This document shows positions 23,301 to 35,429 of a stretch of DNA of 47,590 bases, piece by piece; the stretch's first letter is position 1; the number at the start of each line of letters is the position of its first letter. Below the pieces are notes generated by a model, which saw only the letters and a list, made by a program, of their open reading frames with translations, did no database searches and was not told the DNA's origin. The stretch covers positions 124,001 to 171,590 of the forward strand of contig QPGO01000167.1 of the NCBI GenBank assembly GCA_008632985.1, read 5' to 3'. Made by a program: the position numbers and the translations under genes. This DNA comes from Psammoneis japonica. Its lineage: Eukaryota.

Positions 23301-23818
23301 CAGTCAGACGAGAGCGCAATGCCAGTGGCTTGTTCAGAAAGGATTATCTCGTCTGCCGCTTGCACTTCCGCTAGCTTTACTTTCCCTTTGGGTTTTACCC
23401 GTCTAATTAAGACCTTTGTATCCGACGACACAGCAATGCATTCGCCATTCCTGGACATTGACGTGGCTCCTGCAAAAGGAATGTTCTTTGTTCCTCTCCA
23501 GACGCCTCCAACAGGACTCCATTCCATCATCCCTCTGCTGTTTGTGCTGCAGGATGTGACATCTTGGGAGTGGCCCAGGAAACGGGCCAGTTGATAATTA
23601 CCATTATTCGCTTTCTTCGCATTCAAGAGACGATAACGGAGAGGAACGACACGTTAGTTAGTTGAGAAATAACGAAGAGCATCCTTCGATTTCTATCGCA
23701 CAGGCTGACACACCTGATGGTTTTGTCTATTCCCATAAGTTGCAATTGCGAATATGGCCCAAATTAAGTACGATGCGGCAACAGGTTGCCTCTTCCTTGT
23801 TTCCATGGTCGTTTTCAT
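20310..23818 (-). CDS. FG-GAP/integrin-type beta-propeller repeat protein, tandem copy 1 (one frameshift ~22400, probable intron ~23615-23713; partly TpA-mutated, possibly pseudogene)
   Basis: Repeated FG.(S/T)(V/L)S(I/L)S.DG..(L/V)AVG.P and W.Q(V/I/L)G motifs across ORFs 22379-23626 and 20310-22544; colinear with copy 2. Confidence 0.75.
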
Positions 23819-24275
23819 TGTCTTTGATGTTCCGGATGTTTTTTTATGCGTTGTTGGTTGTTGGTCTGGGGTCTTGGGTCTTGAGACTCGTCCGGTAGTT
23901 GAGATAAAGTCATTGTTCTCGAATTTTTTCAATAAGTCTTTCATCGTGTACTGTACGGTACTTTCAGATATCCTCACGTGGATGAGACAAAATTTCTGTC
24001 TCGTGTGACTCAATGATGGGTTCGCATTGCATCATTTATAAATAATTTATTGCCCTCCGGTCATGAACCTCGTTAAATGAAAAAAGGCCTGCACGATTCG
24101 TCGATTTGAAGATTATTCCACTGGGATGCAGAGAAGACAACAACATCATCTATCAGTCACTAAAAACATAGACATCGTACTAAAGCACTTTGCATAGTAT
24201 TCATAGCTCTACTTTGATTCGAATTTCGCGTCTTAACGAAATGGATCGATCTCGTGCGCTCCGCTTTCTTATTTT

Positions 24276-27200
24276 CTACTTCTTGATTTGAAATGATGAA
24301 TGCGCATAAACGGCTCCGCCACCTGGTAGGGAAATCTTGAACTCTACAACGAAGCACCCTACACCAAGCTCACTCTGGTGATTCCGCACTTTGAATACCC
24401 ATTTTCCATTGCTTTTTGCAAGTCGCATGGCACCATTTTGAATGCGGATTTCCTCGAGGGCGTCACGGTTGTTAATACCACCAAATTTCAATACCCGGTT
24501 CACCTTTGGCTCGAGTCCTGTCTTAACCAGAGCCTCCGTTACCGTACTGCCACTGCAATCCTTCAGTTGAATCTTGAGGAAAAGATGCTTCTGTGTGATT
24601 TTGAATGCTTTCTTTTCCAAGTAGGAAGGGCAACTAAAGTCTCTGTCCTTGGCCGGTGCCGGGTGAACGAATACCTTACTCATTGGTCTTCTGGTCGTAA
24701 TGTCGTACGGAACAAGAACCGTGCGTTCCACTTTGTTCTTCTTGCCACAACCATCATTTACATGCACATTGCTAGTGTATGTTCCAATGACACCCACGTC
24801 AACTGCACCAGTAGCATCAATGTAGGCTCTTGGTTTTTCACCGACCGCATGATATGGCTCGATGCCTACCAATTGATCAATTGTGCTGTTGCACCCAATG
24901 GCAATCGCTATTTGAGCGGCTCATTTGTGCTGCTTTCGCATTTATCCATTGTGGCGGTCCATCTGCGCCAAATGTATTTGCTAGCTTCGCAGCCTACGCG
25001 AATCATGGCTGCATCGTCGTCGCCCTCTACCTTGATGTCGGCATCTCTACAAACAGTGTCACTCGTGGCGAACGCAGCTGGATCAGTGAGGGAAGGACAG
25101 GGTTCCTCATCCTCTGTGGCACTAGAGTTGCTGCTTAACTGATAGACTTGGGCTCGGCCAGTGTAGTCCCATTCTTGTGAACCGACAACGACGCGATTGC
25201 CATTTCCAGACATGGCGACGGTCGATCCCCAACGCACTCGAGACTCGGGATTCAAACCCTGTTGAGAACCAAGATTTGTCCATTTATTTTGGTTCCTGTC
25301 GTATTGGAGAACCATGACGAATCCTCGCTCATTCAACGTCATTTTCTTTCGAGCGCAACCAACAGCATTCAAGTTACCCTCGCATACAATCTGGTTGCAC
25401 CCCACGACAATGCGCAAACCATCGTCGGCTGAGAGAGAAATGGACGATCCACAGGCATCATATTTCAATACTCCTTCAATTGGCTCCCCCAAGAGCTTGT
25501 ACGTTGAAGCCTCTTTGTTCCACTGGTACACGTGAACCCGTCCACGCTTGGTGTTAGGCTCACCAACCGCCACAAGCTCCCCGTTGCCAGAAATTGATAA
25601 GGTGCTTCCATATTTTGTTTCAGGGTCTTCACCGCTCAAGAGTCGATCGCGTAACTCCCATGTCGGTGTTGCACCCGATTCATTCAGGTAATACACGTGT
25701 ACCTCCGGACCAGCGGCAGTCGCAACAAGCACCTTTCCGTCGCCAGACAACTCATGTTCCACGGAAAACCCCAAGTCATTTAGTGTCTGTCCGATTTGTT
25801 TCCATCGACTACCAGCCCATTTGTACATTCGGCAGCCATTTGTTTCGAGTTCGAGGTTTCGTGACTCTTGTTCGCAAGAAACAAATTTCCTTCCGTCGTC
25901 TGATATAGACACTCCGGCACCGAAGTATAAACGATACGAGTTCTCATGCCCCCAAACGTTTTGGCCAACCTGTTCCCAACTCATTTTGTCGGTGTTCATC
26001 TTATATACTCGAACCATACCATCTTTGTTTGAGCCTTCGTTGTCGTCCGAACCAATGGCAACATATTCACAATTGGACGATAGCGACACACCTTGGTGAT
26101 CTCCAAGGCGAAAGCCTCTCTCACTGTTGATGATTGCATTTCCATAAGGAACCAGCTTTCCACTGGACGTGATCCTTCGGATTTCGACTTTGCCCGCCAC
26201 TCGCCTACCGTGTACAGGATGCGCCTCTGCCAGAAAGTCAGGAAACGCAGCTGCAATACACTCGCCATTCCTGGATATTGAAACGCTCTGGGGGACCCCT
26301 GATCGTTGTCAGTCTTGCTTCCTCCCTCCCAGAAATTTCCAAGGGGACGCCAACTCAGCTCTGTGGGTGTGTCAACCTTTTGTTTCCTATACCGAAACAA
26401 ACGCCCAAGCTGGCTTCCCTTCACAAACACTCGTTTTCCGTTTCCTGAAATAAGAACACTGGTGCCCCACTGGTTTGAGGGGCTGGTTCGAATTTCGTCT
26501 TGGTTACCTACTTGAGTCCACTTGCCGAGGGTACTGTCAAACTCAAGTATGAGAACGTCGCCTGAGCATCCCATGGCTAATCTCGTACCGTCGGATGAGA
26601 GAGCCACAGACTTCCCACAACCATTGACATACTGTCCAATATGCCCGTATGCCGTGATCGGCTCGCCGACCCTCTCATAAGATGATTCTTTAGCCGACCA
26701 CTTATACACGTCTACTCTCCCGGTGTAACTGTAACCATATACCTTCTCCACGTTGAACTCTAGCTCATGTGCAGGTGACCCTATTGCCAAAACATCTCCG
26801 TTGAGTGAAAAGGATAGAGCATCACCTAAATATGGGTTTCCTCCTTCCTCACAGGCAGGCTGAAATTTGTTTCGCAGCTTCCACAGAGGAGGACTAACAG
26901 ATTTGTCCAGTTCGTACACAAAGCTGTGCCCTTCGTATCACGAACTAGAGGAGCTCCAATAGCTATTTTTTCTCCATCGCCAGACAAGATCGCGCTCTCA
27001 CGAAACCTGATCTTTTTGTCATTGAAAGTTTTAAGGCTTTGTCCAAGTTGTTTCCATTTACTGCCAGTCCATTCATACGCTCGGCAGACGCCTAATTCAC
27101 ATGATGCAACCTTGCTCCCATCGTCAGATATGGAGAGCTGTAGCCCGAACAAATTGTGAATAGGTTTCTCGGCCTGAATGTCGAGTCCAACCTGTTTCCA

Positions 27201-27762
27201 ACTATTTGAGACGTCGTCATGCTTGAAGACACGGAGTGACGACTTGGAGCTCATTCCTATTCCGATGTGTTTACAGTCGGATGAGAGTGCAATGCTTGCG
27301 ATGTTTTCGAGGTGGCCTGAAAGGAGTATCTCGTCCGCCGCTTGTACTTTCTCTAGCTTTATTTTCCCATTTGCAGTGACGCGTCTAATTACTACCTTTG
27401 TAACTAGCGAGACAGCAATGCACTCGCCGTTCCTTGACATGGAAGTTGCTCTCGCAATATTTCTCCAGTAGCCTCCAACTGGAACCAACTCCATCCCGTT
27501 TTTTCTCATTTGCAGGCGGTGACATCTTCTGAGCCGCGCAGGACACGGGCCGCTGGGTAAACACCAGTAGTGGCGTCCTTCGCGTTCCAGGCAATACCAG
27601 ACAGAAAGAATGAGAGTTGAAAAAAAGTAAAGAAGATCTCCTGCTAACCAAACAATCAACTCACCTGGTTTTGTTTGCGACTAGTGCCCAAAGTTGTACT
27701 TACTGTAGGGCCCAAATCAAGTACGACAAGGCACCCAAGTGCCTCTTCTTTGTTGTGTACAT
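24276..27762 (-). CDS. FG-GAP/integrin-type beta-propeller repeat protein, tandem copy 2 (single-base frameshifts ~26925, ~26295, ~24912; probable intron from 27664)
   Basis: ORFs 26826-27659, 25996-26919, 24908-26200 and 24276-24872 align end to end with copy 1; each break is a one-base loss relative to copy 1. Confidence 0.75.
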
Positions 27763-28290
27763 GGATCTGCCTTTTTCGGTTGATTTCTTATTTCTTTGCG
27801 TTAAGCGAAGGAGTGAAGTTTTGTCTTTTGTCATCAGTTTTCATTCAGAGCGATTGCACTACTGTACTTTGTGGTGCTGTCTTTTTCTCTCTTGTGGGTT
27901 CTTGGCGGTCTTCGGTTTTCGTCCCTTCGCGACTTCTTGTGAGTTAAATCTTTCAAAACATACTGCTGGGTACGAAGTATTCACGTATTTTGGACAATTT
28001 AGATGATGTGTGACAGTTTCTGGGGTTCGCATTGCGTTTTTCCTTGAAGCATCGGTCATTATATTTTTGTCCAGTTTTTATTCTATTCCTATGGTCTAAA
28101 ATTGCTCACATTTTACGGAGAGCGATTCCATAGTTTCTTCTCCGCTGGAGATTATGAACAATCAGTAGTGCCGTCACTGCAGTTATTCATTTTTGCTCAA
28201 CTGAGGCTACAGCACTGTGGAATCGTCTCTGTCTAATCGTCTGGTCTACTCTTCATCAAAATGACATGCAAAACGCAAAATTAATTACAA

Positions 28291-30792
28291 TCAATTAAAC
28301 TGGTCTTCGTACTTTACCCAAAATCCAGTGGTGTGGTTATGGGCAATCTCACACGACATTACACGGATGTATTCGTCCGATTTTGGATGGTGCTGTTGAG
28401 AGAGACAGTTCATTTTTTGGTCCACCGGGCGAATGTCAAACTTGTGGCGCTTGAAGCTTCCAAAACCATCTCCTGGTACAAAACGCTGTTTTGACACACT
28501 GGCATTACATTTGTACATATCAACCCCAAAGTCATTGTTTCGTCGAACCCCAATACACTCGTCTGTTCCGGCCATTCTGATCATGTCGCCCTCCATATTG
28601 TCCATGTCCGACGAAAAGACGAATTCCCACTGTGTGATGTTGGGATTCTTGCACCGTTGGATTTGAATTCGTTCATTCCACCAAACAATGCAGTATTTTC
28701 TTTCATGGGGTTTTCCTTGCCAGCGGTAATCGCTTTGCCAATGAAGTTTGATAGAGTGTGGTGACACGATTTCACCGGTTGGAGCTGACGTTGAGGACAT
28801 GCTTGGAGCGAGTGATGAGGTTGGATTCATGGTACTGACTGGACTTATAGTAGGGCTCAGGGTCGTATCTTGGATGGTTCCGTCAAGTTCACCAAACACT
28901 TTAACCTCACGCAAGGCATATCCTGAGGCAGTGCTCCGCTTCACTCCCCTCACCGCAACGAACCTCGCTCTCGTTCCTGTATTCAGGATAATTTCCTCGC
29001 TCTTGGACATGCTATTTACAATGGATCGTTGTTGCGCCCAAAATTGGCCGCCAATAGATGTTTGAACGTCATAGCTCCGCCCGGGCGAGCTAGCCGCGGT
29101 CCAGTACAAGACCAATCGATTCACGGCATTTACTATCCCCAAATCTAAAATTATCCATTCATTGTCGTTTGGCTTACTTTGCCACCGCGTTTGCTTGGAT
29201 TTGTCAAAGGCATTTTCCACTGGGAATTGTTGCATCTGAGATGATGCAGTTGCACTCACGATGGTTAGAGAAGAAGTGCCTGGCTGATTCGATCCTGGTG
29301 TTGACATCGTTGTTGGAATTGGGGTAGGCGGGGAAATCACGGTTGTTGGAGCAGGGGATGGGGTGGCAGCAATATTATCGTACCCAAATATCTCGAACTC
29401 TCTCATCGAGTATCGAGAAGCACCTCCTCCGTCGAGTCCTTTCATTCGGACATATCTTGCCATGACCGCTGTGGCAAAGTCGATGACTTCAATATTCGAG
29501 CTGGTCTTGACCATTGATTGCTGCGGGGTCCAAGTTACCGTGTCATTAGACGTCTCAATGTCGTAGGTTCTGGCTGGGCCGGTCACTGGAGTCCAGTGTA
29601 AGATCACCCTCGTCACAGAGTACGCTGCACCCATGTCTACGTAGATCCACTGGCTATCCCCCAGCTTACTTTGCCAGCGCGTTGTCACAATTCCATCGAC
29701 AGCGTTGGCGGCGGGGCCTGATATTGATTCTGTTGACGCCGCCGATGCGACGCGTGGGAGCATAGAAAGGCCAGAAGATACGACCTTGCTGTTGATGTCC
29801 CCTTGGATACTGAATTCTCTTAGTGAGTACCCTTTTCTACCACCACGTGCTATTCCTTTCATTCGCACGTATCTGGCTTTCACTGGAGTCGAAAAAAGAA
29901 TGAATTGTGTCTTGGCCTTGTTGTTGACGAACCACCTCTCAGTTTTCCAAGGCGTGTTCAGATCAGATGATGTGTCGATGGTAAACGTTCTTCCCGTCCC
30001 CTGAACGGGAGTCCAGATAAGTATTACCCTAGATATTAAATAGATTGCGCCCAAGTCCACGTAGATCCATTCTTCGTCAGAGGCAAAGCTTTGCCATCGA
30101 GTGTTTCTCATTTGGTCGATTGCATTTGACGCTGGAAGAATCGAGATCTCTGACGATGCCACTGCTCGAACCAGAGGTAGTGGGGATCTCATGTTGGTTG
30201 GTGATCCGCCCTGGGTTACGGTTGATACAGGTGGAGTGACACTTGGAGTAGAAGCCGTAGGAGCAGGTGTTGAAGAAGAACCCAAAGTAGAATCTCGTCC
30301 TGTCATTTCGATCTCTCGGAGCGAATACCCTAATCGCGACCCTCGCTTTTCGCCCCGAATGCGAACATACCTAGCATTCGGACCAAGGGGTAGATCAACT
30401 GCAACAGTTTTTAGCAAACTTTCTGACACCTTTTCTTGAAACTCCCAGACACTAGCATCTGTCGAAGTTTCAATGGCAAACGTTCTTCCGGGACTTTGCA
30501 CAGGCGTCCAATGCAGCACCACTTGTGTCACAGAATACGTATCACCCATGTCAACATAAATCCACTCAGTGTCGTGTGAATCACTTTGCCATCGGGTGCT
30601 TTTGTCCCCGTCAATTGAATATTCCGTTGGAAACTGAGCCGTCTCAGAAGAAGCCACCGCGTTAACACGGGGTAACGAGAATTCAACGAGCGCTCGTCCA
30701 GGGTTTTTCTCTGTTCCCACGCTTAGTCCATTTACAATGACCAGAGTCCATATTGCAACTACCAGGAACAGAAAGCAAGGTAGCTGTGTCAT
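28291..30792 (-). CDS. Secreted protein: 4x F5/8 type C (discoidin/CBM32-like) domains, S/T/P linkers, C-terminal ricin-B-like domain
   Basis: Four repeats of ASS...NA.DG...TRWQS....EWIYVD(M/L)G....(S/T)RV.L.W...ARYVRM.G..RG...YSLRE; signal peptide from MTQLPC (30792); Cys-containing C-terminal domain with KLHW...RWQ and HHPK. Confidence 0.88.
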   Translation of the reverse strand: MTQLPCFLFLVVAIWTLVIVNGLSVGTEKNPGRALVEFSLPRVNAVASSETAQFPTEYSIDGDKSTRWQSDSHDTEWIYVDMGDTYSVTQVVLHWTPVQSPGRTFAIETSTDASVWEFQEKVSESLLKTVAVDLPLGPNARYVRIRGEKRGSRLGYSLREIEMTGRDSTLGSSSTPAPTASTPSVTPPVSTVTQGGSPTNMRSPLPLVRAVASSEISILPASNAIDQMRNTRWQSFASDEEWIYVDLGAIYLISRVILIWTPVQGTGRTFTIDTSSDLNTPWKTERWFVNNKAKTQFILFSTPVKARYVRMKGIARGGRKGYSLREFSIQGDINSKVVSSGLSMLPRVASAASTESISGPAANAVDGIVTTRWQSKLGDSQWIYVDMGAAYSVTRVILHWTPVTGPARTYDIETSNDTVTWTPQQSMVKTSSNIEVIDFATAVMARYVRMKGLDGGGASRYSMREFEIFGYDNIAATPSPAPTTVISPPTPIPTTMSTPGSNQPGTSSLTIVSATASSQMQQFPVENAFDKSKQTRWQSKPNDNEWIILDLGIVNAVNRLVLYWTAASSPGRSYDVQTSIGGQFWAQQRSIVNSMSKSEEIILNTGTRARFVAVRGVKRSTASGYALREVKVFGELDGTIQDTTLSPTISPVSTMNPTSSLAPSMSSTSAPTGEIVSPHSIKLHWQSDYRWQGKPHERKYCIVWWNERIQIQRCKNPNITQWEFVFSSDMDNMEGDMIRMAGTDECIGVRRNNDFGVDMYKCNASVSKQRFVPGDGFGSFKRHKFDIRPVDQKMNCLSQQHHPKSDEYIRVMSCEIAHNHTTGFWVKYEDQFN

Positions 30793-31429
30793 ATCTGCAT
30801 TCTGATCCAGGGACACACGAAGTGACGCGACTGCAGACTCTGGGGTACGACAATTTTCGATTTCCTTGTCAGAGTTCGAGGGCAGATAGAGGTTATGATC
30901 GGCGTTTGTGGTGAGTGATCGATCTGAGCTGAGATTGCGCGGGAAATTGAGATGTAAATGACAAATTCAAAATTGTCATTTTTTCTAAGTAAATAAAATT
31001 GTTGTTAAATACAGTTCAGCACTTCACTTAGTACAGTATGAGACATCTCATGCGACATATTGCACACACGGCACAAAACAAAACATTTCTGGACGGATTT
31101 GCCATCACCTTCTTTTCTTTTATCTCATATGCACACGAATACAATCAACGTAGAATTGTAGACATAGTGCGGCCATCGCCGACATCGCGGCGTCGTTGCA
31201 GTGTGGCGCACCCTATGTATATGTTAATGATTGTATTAGCTATTCAAGAGAACCGTTGTAACGGGCTTCGCTGATTGCGACCTCGTTCCTTCGGTCAGGG
31301 TCATTTCTGGCTCGTAGAAATCAACGCGTTGTCTGGTATTGAAATTCAAAAAGTAATGTTGAACCAACAGCAGTTCCCGATCCATTCAAAAAAACCGAAA
31401 CATCACTCCCTCATTCATTTCGTTCGTCA

Positions 31430-33400
31430 AGACATGGAGAGCATGCGGCATGGAACCATGTCCAAACAAGCTATGTTCTATTCTTCTGTCTCTTCTCACT
31501 TGAAAGGCATGTTTGCATTGAAGGTGGCATTGACACATCATGCATTTGCAGCACCAGTGTGAGGATTTTCAAACCGACAATGTCATTCTCCGTCTCCATC
31601 TTTCCCATCTGACATGCAACACTGTACCTCAAGACACACAGTGCCTCAAGACACTCCACAAAGTGTGTTTTAGTTTTTGTTTCTTGTTGCCTTCTAATCT
31701 GCAGATGAGGTTTGAGACACGACCTGAGCAACTTTGGGTCGCTGTCGGGAACGACTTGTGTGCCTTGTCAGCTCAGGGTTGTCATCAGAAGACCGTGTGC
31801 TTTGTGGTGACGAGGTGTCAACGAGTTTTGCAAACTTAAGACACACAGCACAGTGCCTCAAGAAATGCAGTGCCTCAAGACACCATCACGGAACACAGTG
31901 TGTTGCACCTCAAGCTCGTCTCATTTCTTGCCAAGTGGTGCATGACTGTCCTCTCTGCACTGCAGTGAGGTTGCGGTGTGCGCTGGATGACTTGAGACAG
32001 TGCCTCAAGAAATGCAGCACCTCAAGACACCATCACGGAACACGGCACATTGCATCGCAAGAAGCAAAACAACCCATTTTGTTCGTTGACGACAATGTGC
32101 TGGTGTGACCTGTTGAGTTCTCGCGATTGTTTTTAGAGCAAGTGACATTCATCCATGACACTGTCTGGCCATCTGCTGAATGTTGCAGGACGGTCCTTTG
32201 TTTTGCATGTTGAGTTCCTTGATCACCTGCTTCCAAATCGTCTCTCGCTCTTTCTCGCACAGAGCGAAGTGAGCTCTCAAATGGGAAAATTGCAGAACCA
32301 CATGCCACAGACACGGCAGGTGACACGGTGTTGGTCGGACACATGGATAAAAACAGCATTCTCGATTCATCAAGCGATGCACAAGAAGCATCTCAGTGCA
32401 CAATGAAGTGTTGCGAGAACACTCGGCTCACAATGTTGAGTGTGAAGTCATTGATCACCGTGGTTGTGATGATGGGGTGGCTTTGTCACTGAAGCATGGA
32501 AAGGAACAATTAAAATTAGTGAAGGTTGGAAAGACTGAACATGTGAGTTGATCCGATTTGAGCTGTTCTGCTCTCACTTCTGTTTCCATCTCTCTCATTG
32601 CTCCTTGTCCTTTTCAGTCTTTCAATTTGGATGTGATTCATGTTGGACTTGCAGCGAGACAGGCTGTTGGTCTTGGTTGCGGATCACGCACGTAAAGTCT
32701 GTAAGAATGGTGCCGCGCATGGGTGCACATTCTTGAGTGTCGAATGTCTGTCTGTCATCATGATTGCACAGTGGAATGCGCGATTTTTACAGAGCATTCA
32801 CTCATGAATGTCGTTGCATCTTCGCAATTCAAAAATCCCGCCGCCACCAAAGATTGCGTTGTTTCTGCGCCCATTGGTGCAGACCTGATCATGGTGTGTT
32901 TTTCTACAAGATCTTCTGCGGCGTCCATTTGGCCAACACAACAAGACACGCTGCACAACACCGCCATTGTCATCGCTCTCAACACCTCTTGAACCTCTCC
33001 AGGGGATGTTGACACTCAACATCCACATCAGTGTTGTCTTCGTTTCACTCTTCTGCTTCGTGGCAGCTCGTCGCGACCTAAGTTGCTTTCCTGCATTCCA
33101 TGAGTGAGGCGTCACTGCCCCACCAAAGAATCGCAATTCCGCGGATGTGTCAATCCATGCAACAAGTGACGTGCCGGTTGTTGGTGCTGCAAGTGTGACT
33201 GCGTGTGCACTGCATTGCATCATGCTGTCATGGTGGACTCATGATGCGTCTCGCATCATCATCTCCATTGTACATTTGAATCAGTCCATTGCCGGCAACA
33301 CCTTCCACCACTGCACAAAAGCCCCTGCCACTGTTGCGTGTGGATCCACGAGACAAGCAGCAACACAAAAGGTCCCGCCGCAACGACGGTTGCTTGAGCC
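31430..33400. mobile_element. TpA-depleted decayed block of unknown family with six copies of a (G)TACCTCAAGA-derived motif at 31620-32030
   Basis: TA depletion; motif variants GTACCTCAAGA, GTGCCTCAAGA, GCACCTCAAGA; ~55-bp duplication 31850/31997. Confidence 0.5.
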
Positions 33401-35429
33401 ATGTCCTCGAGTGCCGAGATTTCATCTGACCATGGTGGTGGCATCAATGGCCTTGTAGAACCTCAGCCGAACAAGCTTGTGACGCAGAACGAATCCATCC
33501 AAGCTCTGCGCATGTCAAGGAAATGTGTCGGCGAGTTGGAGGAGGACACAATGACAGAGTCCAGGCAGAGTGGTTCCCTTTTGAGCAACGAGGATGATGA
33601 TGACATTGAAAGCGAAAAGCTGTTGATGGATGAGGACTTTGTGTTTGACTTTGAAGACGACTTTGATGCCACGGATGCCACGGATTTGTCAAGGTGATTG
33701 GATGGTTGCAATGAGAGTGACATTGCAGAGGAGGATTCAATGACAGAGTCCAGGCAGAGTGGTTCCCTTTTGAGCAATGAAGATGATGATGACATTGAAA
33801 GCGAAAAGCTGTTGACGGATGAGGACTTTGTACTTGACTTTGAAGACAACTTTGATGCCACGGATTCGTCAAGGCAATTGGATGGTTACAATGAGAATGA
33901 CATTGCTGAACTTGTCGTGAAGTTCAGAGATGCTGCCGACAAAAGCAAAGCTGCGCATGAACTTTTCAGCCTTGAAGAAGAACCACTCCAAGACACAACA
34001 TCAAGGAAACCAACGAAGAAAAGGAAACGAGCAAGAGGTCGTCAAGCCGCCAAATCGAAGTTGAAGAAGCGTCGCAGGCGCACTGGGAAACCTGCTGCAT
34101 CGAAAGCTCCCCCCAAAAAGGTGAGTTTGTTTGCACTCAAATTATGATGATCTTGGTTTACAACTGGCACTCACTTTTGGCTTCTCCAGTTGTCGCGAAT
34201 GACTCCATCCAGGTTGAAGACAAAGGCCGATCAACAACAAGAAATGCTTGTGAATGTCGAGTTGCCACCAAGTCTCAACCTGGAGGCATCTCCAAGAGAA
34301 GCGATCACCAAAGTTTCGGAACTGGTGGAGAAGGTTGATTCGTGCCAACAAGCAAAGGAGCTGGCAACTCGAATTGATGCCTGCATCATCCTGTTTGCCC
34401 ATGCAAGAGGGCACACGGTTCGCCCTTTGAATCTTGGCAATGGGACATCAGACAACACAAAGGGAATCGCGCTGCTGCACTGCGCACCCGACGATTGCAG
34501 TTCTTGTCTCTCAATGCTGGACAAAGCTGTTGGGAATGGCTCATCATGCCTCAGCTTCATCTCCAACTCCAGTTGTTGCATCAATGCATGCAAGTGCATT
34601 TGGGCGGCAATGCATTGCAAGGAATGGATCAAAGATGCCAAGGAATTGGCCAAACTCATTTGTGCAGTTAACTTGAATCCAGTTCTGGCGGAGAAGAAGA
34701 GCAAAAACTGACAGCATGATGAGTTTTGTAGGACGGTTGGATGGTCTAAAAAAGAATGGCATTGGTTGGCCGCATTGAGAATGGAACTGCAGGCAAAGGC
34801 AATTTGCCTTCGAGACCGAAAGGGTGGTGCACAACTCACAGCTCTCCAGTGGATGAGCAAGTGTGATGCTGTCAAGATGCCTCACTGTGATTTCGAGACA
34901 AACGATGATCATGGCGCATGTCCCGTGCTTCATCCACAAGCATGGTTTGGTGCATCCATTTGTGCAGAACTCCTCGTGCTTGAGAATGTGTCGCAGAGGG
35001 AAATCAACGACTGCAGTGCAAACTGTTTTTGTGGGAAGGTTCTTGAGCATCAACACAAGACGAAGAAGGCTGCACTGTTCTCAAAACGTTTGCAAGCTGT
35101 GGGTGCAACCAAAGAGGATGTACGAGAGTGTGAGTTAGAGGTGAAGCTCATCAAGAAGGCAATGTTGGAGCTCATGCAAAAATTCAAAAAAAGCGTTTTG
35201 ACAAGAAAGAACTCAGCTGCTGGTCAAGAAGCTTGTCAACACATGAGAGAAATTTGTTTTAAGACATTGCACAAAGAATGAATTCAAAATGATCACCTCG
35301 AGTCAGAGACGTTCCATGGAATGACGCTGCATCAACACGCTTGTTGAATTCTCAGCACAGAGTCAGGGGCTGGAACGGGCTTGACTCTTTGTCAACACAG
35401 AACGGCAATGAGGCTGTTGTGTCATGGAA

